From: Macrostomum lignano
Lineage: Eukaryota
Assembly: GCA_002269645.1 (NCBI GenBank)
Contig: NIVC01001083.1
Coordinates: 1-56,728 of the forward strand
DNA: 56,728 nucleotides
Direction: 5' to 3'
Position numbers and translations under genes: made by a program. Positions 11,094 to 23,200 of this stretch are shown piece after piece; positions within the stretch are counted from its first letter, which is position 1, and every line of letters begins with the position of its first letter. The notes under the pieces are model-generated. The model did no database searches, was not told the origin of the DNA, and worked only from the letters and a program-made list of their open reading frames with translations.

Positions 11094-14000
11094 GGCAGAC
11101 AGACAGACAGACAGACAGACAGCTAGCTGGCACTCACCCTGTTCTGAGCCTCATACTCGGACAGCCGTCTATCCACTTGTCGTTGCTCGCTCGACTGCCG
11201 CTTCAGCTGCTCATTCTCCTCCCGCAGGCGGCCATTCTCAGCATTCAACCGTTCGTTAGCGGCTTTCTCTTTCTCATAGAGTCGCTTGTAATCTAAATCA
11301 GACGATGACGGCGAGGAGGCTGAAGATGAAGACGCGGTTGCGCCGTAGGCGGAGCCGTGATAGGACCCGGGCCGGGAGCGGGACAGGCCGGAGTGGCCTG
11401 GGTCGGCGATGGCCTGCGAGCTGCCTCTGCCTGAGTCGGACTGGGAGGTCAAGGGTGATTCGAACTCAAATTTAACTAGAAGAAAGTTAGCAATCGTTTT
11501 ATTTAAGTTGAATACAGCTGGGTCTTGGATAGGGGGTTGTACGAGCGTAGCCTGGTGGTTAGAGTGTCTGGGGTTCGATTCTCGACCGATTCGGAGCAAT
11601 TTGTGTACTTGAGCAAGGCCCTTAACAGTGCTTTGCTTCAGTTCACCCAGCTGTAAAATGGGTGCCAGCATTAGCTGGGGTAATTGAGGGTGTGTGTGGC
11701 GACCCCCCAGTCCTTGGACTGAACCTTCAGATGCGGCTGAGCTGTCGGTTGCACATCTGGACATTAGGGCGGGTGTAATCAATTATTATTTATTATTAGG
11801 GGTAGAGCAGAGAAGCTGAGTCCCAAATTGAATTGGGTCTTTTGTGCCCAAAAAATCCACCGAGGGTTGTCATGCGATTCAGGTATATTCAGGCCTAACG
11901 ATTAGAAAGTCAGGTATATGCTGAGGAGTCTGCTGAGGAGTCAGCGGAATGGGACCGCAGAATTGCCCCAGCCCTCCTGTGAATTTTTTTTTTAGAGGCA
12001 GGGGGGTTTTGTGTGCACCCTGGCGCACTTTAAGCGACATAGGCACACAACCGGCGAGAGGCATTACTGCCCATTCCGCCGACTCCCCTGAGCAGGCATA
12101 TAAGCGCGCGGATACGTACGCAGGCACACACTCACACAGGAGTGTACAGCGGCCCTAACTTTATTTTATCTTTAGGCATGTACACTTCACTGCGCCTTGG
12201 GGGGTTGGCTCTCAAGGCCGTTAATTGCACGAGCAGAGCCAAGCCGAGATTCAAATTCAGCCCCAAATTAATGTGACTGCACTTGGAATCGAGCCTGGGT
12301 CGCTGGCACACCAGAGAAGCTGCGCTACCGCTGGGCTACGGCCCCCCGCCCTCCTGTGAATAGTTAGCTGCTATGATCTACTTCATGTATAGATACTGCC
12401 AAAGTGAATGTCAAAGATAAGAGATTGAAAAAAAATTAGATTGTTTGTACAGTTACATACCCGGCTGATTTTTGGGCACTTAAGTGGTTTGAAGTGGCTT
12501 ATTAGAGTGCTTTTCGAGTGGCGTTTCGAATGCCATAAACACTTAGGGTATATTCTGCTATTATAGGAATTGAAATATTTATATAAATTAAATATCCCCT
12601 ATGGATTGGATTTATAGGAATTAAATATCCCTTGATGTTGATTTCAGAGGAATTGAATACCCTTTGATGTTGATTTCAGAGGAATTGAATACTTCTTGAT
12701 GGTGATTTCCTATTGAATACCCCTTGATGGTGCGTTCAGAGGAATTGAATACTCCTTGATGGTGATTTCAGAGGAATTGAATACCCCTTGATGGTGATTT
12801 CAGAGGAATTGAATACCCCTTGATTATGAGTTCAGAGGAATTAAATACCCCTTGATGTTGATTTCAGAGGAATTGAATACCCCTTGATTATGAGTTCAGA
12901 GGAATTAAATACCCCTTGATGGTGATTTCAGAGAAATTAAATACCCCTTGATGGTGATTTCAGAGAAATTGAATACCCTTTGATGGTGAGTTCAGAGGAA
13001 TTGAATACCCCTTGATGGTGATTTCAGAGGAATTAAATACCCTTGATGGTGATTTCAGAGGAATTAAATACCCCTTGATGGTGAGTTCAGAGGAATCAAA
13101 TACCCCTTGATTGTGGGTTAAGAGGAATTGAATACCCCTTGACGGCGATTTCAGAGGAATTGAATACCCCAGTTTAAATTTGAAACAGTTATGCTAGTAA
13201 GTAAACAATCGTTTGAAATTCCTCAAGGTGGAGAACTTTCGGGGAAGTCCGCTCAACATGCCAGGGCACTCACAGAGTCCACAGACTCAGAAGATTTTGC
13301 AAAATATCTCGAATGCTTTCTGGTTGACTGCGGTGTCAAATAAGACGCAGCAGCAGCAGCAGAAGCAGCAGACGGTTGCTGACTAAACCCGGAACCCGCC
13401 GAACTCGAATGACGAAACGAGCCACGGCGCGAGGCTGGGGCGCTGCCACCGAAACTGCTGGCGCCACTAGCGCTAGAGGCGCCGCTGGCGCCGCTACTAA
13501 TGCTTAACAGAGCGCCAAGAGGCCCACCGTAGCAGACATTGCTGCCACCGGCAGAAGAAGACAGCGGCGAACCGGAGTGCACAGAACGAGGCGTTGAAGT
13601 GGCTCGAAACAGAGGCATTTCCTGTGGCTTCCAACCTTCTATAGATTGTCTTCTTCTTTTAGGGTCTCTCTGTTTGTGTGTTGTACGAACCGAAACCAAC
13701 CGAGCAAAGCAACAGGGGGGATTCCAACAAAGAAAGTCAAGTTCAGAAGATTTATCCTTTATCCCAAGCCCTAAACCCCTAACCCTAGCATCTGGATGGT
13801 CAACCCCAATGCTGTAAAAAAAGCCAATGAAGCCGAGCCAGAATCCGGTTTTAGCAGATTGGTCCGTCGCCCATACAGTCCTGCAGTTCGCTAATTCGCT
13901 TCCTTCCCCTACCTACAAGTCTGTCTGTCCCTCTGCCCCAACTTTCAAGCCAGAGAACAACACTGTTCGGTAATGTACACGCAAGTTCGAAATAAGGGCA

Positions 14001-17000
14001 GCCTTTTTCAGCAGCCTCAGGAGCTCCTCTTGATCGAAATGAAAGAGAAGAAAGTTAGGAGTGACCGAAATAAACGGGGTGGGGGGTTGGGAGGACGAAG
14101 ATTAGAAAGAATCCTGAAAGCTGCCCTCTTTTTTTTCTTACCTGCGCTGGCAGAAGGTTACCCTGTAGAGTTATATTGAATTCTGTTAGACCAGCAAACC
14201 TCATCGGAGCTTTAATTAGCTGCAGATGCTTGCCTAGCATTTCTGCTTTGGTTGAACATGCAGCCTTGTTTCTGACTGACTGACTGACTGACTGACTGAC
14301 TGACTGACTGACTGACTGACTGACTGACTGACTGACTGACTGACTGACTGACTGACTGACTGACTGACTGACTGACTGACTGACTGACTGACTGACTGAC
14401 TGACTGACTGACTGACTGACTGACTGACTGACTGACTGACTGACTGACTGACTGACTGACTGACTGACTGACTGACTGACTGACTGACTGACTGACTGAC
14501 TGACTGACTGACTGACTGACTGACTGACTGACTGACTGACTGACTGACTGACTGACTGACTGACTGACTGACTGACTGACTGACTGACTGACTGACTGAC
14601 TGACTGACTGACTGACTGACTGACTGACTGACTGACTGACTGACTGACTGACTGACTGACTGACTGACTGACTGACTGACTGACTGACTGACTGACTGAC
14701 TGACTGACTGACTGACTGACTGACTGACTGACTGACTGACTGACTGACTGACTGACTGACTGACTTGAGTGAGTGAGTGAGTGAGTGAGTGAGTGAGTGA
14801 GTGAGTGACTGACTGACTGACTGACTGACTGACTGACTGACTGACTGACTGACTGACTGACTGACTGACTGACTGACTGACTGACTGACTGACTGACTTG
14901 AGTGAGTGAGTGAGTGAGTGAGTGCTGACTGACTGACTGACTGACTGACTGACTGACTGACTGACTGACTGACTGACTGACTGACTGACTGACTGACTGA
15001 CTGACTGACTGACTGACTGACTGACTGACTGACTGACTGACTGACTGACTGACTGACTGACTGACTGACTGACTGACTGACTGACTGACTGACTGACTGA
15101 CTGACTGACTGACTGACTGACTGACTGACTGACTGACTGACTGACTGACTGATTGACTTGAGTGAGTGGGTGACTGACTGACTGACTGACTGATTGACTT
15201 GAGTGAGTGGGTGACTGACTGACTGACTGATTGACTTGAGTGAGTGGGTGACTGACTGACTGAAAGACAGAAAAATTACAGTTCAGTGTCCATCAGTCAT
15301 TACAAAACCTGCATGTCACTGATTGATGAGAACAGCGCTCAATCAAAAAAACAAACATCATACACGCTAGCAAATATGATGCCATCAAATAAAGCTCACC
15401 TGATCCCCAGAAGTTGGCGGCAAGCCCATAGTAGCCTGTCGCCGATTAAAACGACTATACCGGCTACTGCTAGCACTACTGCCAGTAGTAGCATTCCCTC
15501 TACCAGCAGAATCATCATCCGTACTAGCGTTTGTCGACGCGGCGGGTACAGCAGAAGCCGCGGTGGAGGAATCTTCCAGTACAGCGGGCAGCGGCTGCTT
15601 CGAGGAGGCTCCAGTTACGCTGACTCCAGAGTCATTGCTGCTGTGACAGGAGGCTGCGGCATCTGAACTATTTGTCGAAGTGTCATTAGCCGCTGAAGCA
15701 GCCGCTTGTTGTCGTTCTTCCACAAGTTTCTTCGCCTGCTCGACAACATCTTGTGCGACACCCTGCGTGGCTCGTTTTGTTGCCCGATTACGTCGCGAGA
15801 TCCGACGGCGTTCCGTCTCCGACTCTTCCACCTTCTCCTTCTCCATGATGGCCGACACGCGTCGATCCGAGGAGCCTCCGACGGCATCGACGGTCTTCTC
15901 GTTCGCTGGCTCGGGTTCGGCCACGATGCTGGGAACTGGGAGACGGTTGACGGCTTCGGGCTGCGGCTGGGGCTGCGGCTCCTGCACCTTTGGCGTCTTG
16001 TCAGTGTCCGTCTGTGGGTTGACAGGAGAGTCACACTGCTGTATGTCTGTGCTGTCATCACACTGCTGTACTGTCATCATCACACTGCTGTACTGTCATC
16101 ATTACACTGCTGTATGTCTGTGCTGTCATCACACTGCTGTACTGTCATCATCACACTGCTGTACTGTCATCATTACACTGCTGTATGTCTGTGCTGTCAT
16201 CACACTGCTGTACTGTCATCATCACACTGCTGTACTGTCATCATTACACTGCTGTATGTCTGCGCTGTCATCACACTGCTGTACTGTCATCATCACACTG
16301 CTATACTGTCATCATCACACTGCTGTACTGTCATCATCACACTGCTGTACCGTCATCATCACACTGCTGTACCGTCATCATCACACTGCTGTACTGTCAT
16401 CATCACACTGCTGTACTGTCATCATCACACTGCTGTACTGTCATCATCACACTGCTGTACTGTCATCATCACACTGCTGTACTGTCATCATCACACTGCT
16501 GTACTGTCATCATCACACTGCTGTACTGTCATCATCACACTGCTGTACTGTCACCTCATTTCTGTACTGTCATCACATTGCTGAACTGCCATCGCACTGC
16601 TGTACTGTCACAACATTGCTGTACTGTCACAGCTTTCTATCGAATCGCTCAATCCCAATATGGCACTTCTGAAAGACACGTTCACGCGAAAAAAGCAAAC
16701 AACAAATTAATCTTTACTGCATGCATCTGCAGCTGAGCATGGCTTATTAATTTAAATCATGCGGAAAACTTTAAATAAATTTCACGATCTTTAACGCAGG
16801 TAAAAGTTCCTCTCCGATCCTTCAGTGACCCTTCCCGATCTTTTAGTGACGCTCCCCGATCTTTCAGTGACCCTCCCGATCATTCACTGACTTTCTCCGA
16901 TCTTTCAGTGACCCTTCCCGATCTTTCAGTGACCCTTCCCAATCTTTCAGTGACCCTCCCGATCATTCAGTGACCCTCCCCGATCTTTCAGTGACCCTCT

Positions 17001-18003
17001 CCGATCTTTCAGTGACCCTCTCCGATCTTTCAGTGACCTCCCCGATCTTTCAGTGACCCTCTCCGATCTTTCAGTGACCCTTCCCGATCTTTCAGTGACC
17101 CTCCCCGATCTTTCAGTGACCCTCTCCGATCTTTCAGTGACCCTTCCCGATCTTTCAGTGACCCTCCCCGATCTTTCAGTGACCCTCCCCGATCTTTTAG
17201 TGACCCTCCCCGATCTTTCAGTGACCCTCTCCGATCTTTCAGTGACCCTCTCCGATCTTTCAGTGACCTCCCCGATCTTTCAGTGACCCTCTCCGATCTT
17301 TCAGTGACCCTCCCCGATCTTTCAGTGACCCTCTCGATCATTCAGTGACCCTCTCCGATCTTTCAGTGACCCTCTCAGATCCTTCAGTGACCTCCCCCGA
17401 TCCTTTAGTGACCCTCTCAGATCCTTCAGTAACCTCCCCTGATCCTTTAGTGACCCTCTCAGATCCTTCAGTGACCTCCCCCGATCCTTTAGTGACCTCC
17501 CCCGATCCTTTAGTGACCCTCCCCCGATCCTTTAGTGACCCTCTCAGATCCTTCAGTGACCCTCCCAGATTCTTCAGTGACCTCCCCCGATCCTTTAGTG
17601 ACCTCCTAATCTTTCAGCGACAACACCGACCAGTCTCACAACAGATAACGGCAGTGTCAAACCTTTCCGGCAGAGAAGTGCCTCTTCAACTGGCTAAAAG
17701 AACTGCCACCAGATTGGTCGGTCGACAGGATGACGGAGGCTGCCCGACCGTTGCCGCCGCTAATATTAAAATTTCTTCTACGAGTTTGAACGCCACTTGT
17801 TGCGCTGTTCTCTTGCCAACTTTCCATGCGTTTTAGCAGAGTCTGCGCAATATTAAATTAATTATTTAACTCATTCGGGTAAGTTGGGCACACAGCAAAA
17901 CACATAAATATTAGTACAAAAATGAGGGCCAAGCTTGGGTCATCAAATTGTTCAAAAACATCGTGCAAGGTTGCTGATCAAGGACCATTAAAAATTTCTG
18001 TTG

Positions 18004-18036
<33 letters not shown>

Positions 18037-18119
18037 CACAGACAGACACACAGACAGACAGACAGACAGACAGACACACAGACAGACACACAGACAGAGA
18101 CAGACAGACACACAGACAC

Positions 18120-18198
<79 letters not shown>

Positions 18199-18311
18199 CA
18201 CAGACAGACACACAGACACACAGACAGAAAGACAGACAGACAGACAGACAGACACACAGACAGAGACAGACAGACACACAGACAGACAGACAGACAGACA
18301 GACACACAGAC

Positions 18312-18350
<39 letters not shown>

Positions 18351-18357
18351 CACAGTC

Positions 18358-18390
<33 letters not shown>

Positions 18391-18407
18391 AAGACAGACA
18401 GACCATA

Positions 18408-18444
<37 letters not shown>

Positions 18445-18513
18445 CACAGACAGAGACAGACAGACACACAGACAGACAGACAGACAGACACACAGACAGA
18501 CAGACACACAGAC

Positions 18514-18555
<42 letters not shown>

Positions 18556-18611
18556 CATAAGACAGACAGACAGACAGACAGACAGACACACAGACAGAGA
18601 CAGACAGACAC

Positions 18612-18646
<35 letters not shown>

Positions 18647-18667
18647 CACAGACAGAGACAGACAGAA

Positions 18668-18699
<32 letters not shown>

Positions 18700-18703
18700 C
18701 ATA

Positions 18704-18736
<33 letters not shown>

Positions 18737-18759
18737 CACAGACAGAGACAGACAGACAC

Positions 18760-18797
<38 letters not shown>

Positions 18798-18957
18798 CAG
18801 AGGACAGACAGACACACAGACAGACAGACAGACACACAGACAGAGACAGACAGACAGACAGACAGACACACACACAGACAGACACACAGACAGACACACA
18901 GACAGACAGACACACAGACAGACAGACAGACAGACAGACACACAGACAGACAGACAC

Positions 18958-18990
<33 letters not shown>

Positions 18991-19041
18991 AAGACAGACA
19001 CAGACAGACAGACACACAGACAGACAGACACACAGACAGAC

Positions 19042-19087
<46 letters not shown>

Positions 19088-19249
19088 CATAAGACAGACA
19101 GACAGACAGACAGACAGACACACAGACAGAGACAGACAGACACACAGACAGACAGACAGACAGACACACAGACAGACACACAGACAGACAGACAGACAGA
19201 CAGACACACAGACAGACACACAGACAGAGACAGACAGACACACAGACAC

Positions 19250-19286
<37 letters not shown>

Positions 19287-19295
19287 AAGACAGAC

Positions 19296-19326
<31 letters not shown>

Positions 19327-19479
19327 CACACACAGACAGACACACAGACAGACACACAGACAGACAGACACACAGACAGACAGACAGACACACAGACACA
19401 CAGACAGACAGACACACAGACAGACACACAGACAGACACACAGACAGACACACAGACAGAGACAGACAGACACACAGAC

Positions 19480-19518
<39 letters not shown>

Positions 19519-19525
19519 CACAGAC

Positions 19526-19583
<58 letters not shown>

Positions 19584-19671
19584 CATAAGACAGACAGACA
19601 GACAGACAGACAGACCATAAGACAGACAGACAGACAGACAGACAGACACACAGACAGAGACAGACAGACAC

Positions 19672-19726
<55 letters not shown>

Positions 19727-19727
19727 C

Positions 19728-19777
<50 letters not shown>

Positions 19778-19833
19778 CATAAGACAGACAGACAGACAGA
19801 CAGACAGACACACAGATAGAGACAGACAGACAC

Positions 19834-19871
<38 letters not shown>

Positions 19872-19875
19872 CATA

Positions 19876-19908
<33 letters not shown>

Positions 19909-20215
19909 CACAGACAGACAGACAGACACACAGACAGAGACAGACAGACAGACAGACAGACACACACACAGACAGACACACAGACAGACACACAGACAGA
20001 CAGACACACAGACAGACAGACAGACAGACAGACACACAGACAGACAGACACACAGACAGACAGACAGACAGACAGACAGAAAGACAGACACAGACAGACA
20101 GACACACAGACAGACAGACACACAGACAGACACAGACAGACAGACACACAGACAGACACAGACAGACAGACACACAGACAGACAGACACACAGATAGACA
20201 GACAGACACACAGAC

Positions 20216-20246
<31 letters not shown>

Positions 20247-23200
20247 CACAGACAGACAGACATGAAGGCAGACACCAAGACAGAGACTCATATTAGTCTT
20301 TGTTGCTGATCAGTTGATAAGTAGTCGAGACAAAACGCATGCTTCTATTCATAAAATTTCCTATTATTAATATTCTATTGCAAGCGTTAAGCACGAAATC
20401 ATTATTAATACTCGTAATTTTAGTTTTTAAAGTACGTTACATAATATCTCTATTGAACGGAACTGCACGCCCAATACAGCATTCGGATAGTTTTCAATTT
20501 AACGTTTTTTCTCTTTTAGATAACGCTTACAACGAGCGTCTATACTACTCACGATATCTGACAGCAAACTATCTGGAATTGCATCCTGAAATTATTTGAA
20601 AATGACAAATATTTTTATTCATAGTCGAGAAACTTTTGTGATTTTGAATAATTTTAGAGAATTCTTAATGGTTAAAACGAAAAGTTTTACAGAAATTTTT
20701 ATGGAATAGTCTAGGGCGACTTCTGTGGCACTGTAGTCTAGGGAAATTTCTATGGAATAGTCTAGGGCGACTTCTGTGGCACTGTAGTCTAGGGAAATTT
20801 CTATGGAATAGTCTAGGGCGACTTCTGTGGCACTGTAGTCTAGGGAAATTTCTATGGAATAGTCTAGGGCGACTTCTGTGGCACTGTAGTCTAGGGAAAT
20901 TTCTATGGAATAGTCTAGGGCGACTTCTGTGGCACTGTAGTCTAGGGAAATTTCTATGGAATAGTCTAGGGCGACTTCTGTGGCACTGTAGTCTAGGGAA
21001 ATTTCTATGGAATAGTCTAGGGCGACTTCTGTGGCACTGTAGTCTAGGGAAATTTCTATGGAATAGTCTAGGGCGACTTCTGTGGCACTGTAGTCTAGGG
21101 AAATTTCTATGGAATAGTCTAGGGCGACTTCTGTGGCACTGTAGTCTAGGGAAATTTCTATGGAATAGTCTAGGGCGACTTCTGTGGCACTGTAGTCTAG
21201 GGAAATTTCTATGGAATAGTCTAGGGCGACTTCTGTGGCACTGTAGTCTAGGGAAATTTCTATGGAATAGTCTAGGGCGACTTCTGTGGCACTGTAGTCT
21301 AGGGAAATTTCTATGGAATAGTCTAGGGCGACTTCTGTGGCACTGTAGTCTAGGGAAATTTCTATGGAATAGTCTAGGGCGACTTCTGTGGCACTGTAGT
21401 CTAGGGAAATTTCTATGGAATAGTCTAGGGCGACTTCTGTGGCACTGTAGTCTAGGGAAATTTCTATGGAATAGTCTAGGGCGACTTCTGTGGCACTGTA
21501 GTCTAGGGAAATTTCTATGGAATAGTCTAGGGCGACTTCTGTGGCACTGTAGTCTAGGGAAATTTCTATGGAATAGTCTAGGGCGACTTCTGTGGCACTG
21601 TAGTCTAGGGAAATTTCTATGGAATAGTCTAGGGCGACTTCTGTGGCACTGTAGTCTAGGGAAATTTCTATGGAATAGTCTAGGGCGACTTCTGTGGCAC
21701 TGTAGTCTAGGGAAATTTCTATGGAATAGTCTAGGGCGACTTCTGTGGCACTGTAGTCTAGGGAAATTTCTATGGAATAGTCTAGGGCGACTTCTGTGGC
21801 ACTGTAGTCTAGGGAAATTTCTATGGAATAGTCTAGGGCGACTTCTGTGGCACTGTAGTCTAGGGAAATTTCTATGGAATAGTCTAGGGCGACTTCTGTG
21901 GCACTGTAGTCTAGGGAAATTTCTATGGAATAATCTAGGGCGACTTCTGTGGCACTGTAGTCTAGGGAAATTTCTATGGAATAGTCTAGGGCGACTTCTG
22001 TGGCACTGTAGTCTAGGGAAATTTCTATGGAATAGTCTAGGGCGACTTCTGTGGCACTGTAGTCTAGGGAAATTTCTATGGAATAGTCTAGGGCGACTTC
22101 TGTGGCACTGTAGTCTAGGGAAATTTCTATGGAATAGTCTAGGGCGACTTCTGTGGCACTGTAGTCTAGGGAAATTTCTATGGAATAGTCTAGGGCGACT
22201 TCTGTGGCACTGTAGTCTAGGGAAATTTCTATGGAATAGTCTAGGGCGACTTCTGTGGCACTGTAGTCTAGGGAAATTTCTATGGAATAGTCTAGGGCGA
22301 CTTCTGTGGCACTGTAGTCTAGGGAAATTTCTATGGAATAATCTAGGGCGACTTCTGTGGAATAGTCTAGGGCGACTTCTGTGGAATAGTCTAGGGCGAC
22401 TTCTGTGGAATAGTCTAGGGCGACTTCTGTGGAATAGTCTACGGCGATGTTTATGCAATAGTTTAGGGCGATGTTTATTAAAGTCTAAGGCAATGTTTAT
22501 GGAATAGTCTAGGGCGATGTTTATGGAATAGTATAGGGCGATGTTTATGCAATAGTTTAGGGCGATGTTTATTAAAGTCTAAGGCAATGTTTATGGAATA
22601 GTCTAGGGCAATGTTTATGGAATAGTATAGGGCGATGTTTATGAAAGTCTAAGGCGATGTTTATGGAATAGTCTAGGGCGATGTTTATGGAATAGTCCAG
22701 GGCGATGTTTATGGAATAGTCTAGGGCGATGTTTATGGAATAGTCTAGGGCGATGTTTATGGAATAGTCTAGGGCGATGTTTATGGAATAGTCTAGGGCA
22801 ATGTTTATGGAATAGTCTAGGGCGATGTTTATGAAAGTCTAAGGCGATGTTTATTGAATAGTGTAGGGCGATTTTTATGGAATAGTCTAGGGCGATGTTT
22901 ATGGAATAGTCTAGGGCGATGTTTATGGAATAGTCTAGGGCGATGTTTATGGAATAGTCTATAGGGCAATGTTCATAGAATAGTCCAGGGCGGTTTCTAT
23001 GGAATAGTCTATGGCAAATTTAATGTACAGTTTAGAGCGACTTCATCGTCAGAAACTCAACGAACATTTTATTGCAATATATTTATCATTAGTACCGCAA
23101 TTTGCGATTGGTAGGACTGAATTTTGATGAAGCTGCTTTACCAAGAAAGACAATACGAGTTGTAGCAGCTCACTTTAACGCTAGTTGATGGCGTCGTCAT

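Noticed and set aside
11478-11782. N-terminal half of ORF 11123..11782
   Set aside because: Antisense read of a CORE-SINE in intron 9; only the part from ~11440 is MYPT coding.
13840-14060. Possible extra MYPT exon ([12 protein letters not shown]...)
   Set aside because: Weak acceptor, no family similarity, and not needed for phase continuity.
15680-17836. Cys/His-rich plus-strand ORFs (metallothionein-like look) and TLSDLSV ORFs
   Set aside because: Antisense of exon 8 plus translations of the 22-bp and 21-bp minisatellites.
17911-20291. Long SVCL and RQTD ORFs (also 10407-11133)
   Set aside because: Translations of (GACA)n satellites.
20665-22458. 597-aa [17 protein letters not shown] repeat ORF
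   Set aside because: Stop-free frame of a 51-bp intronic array; no splice or codon evidence.
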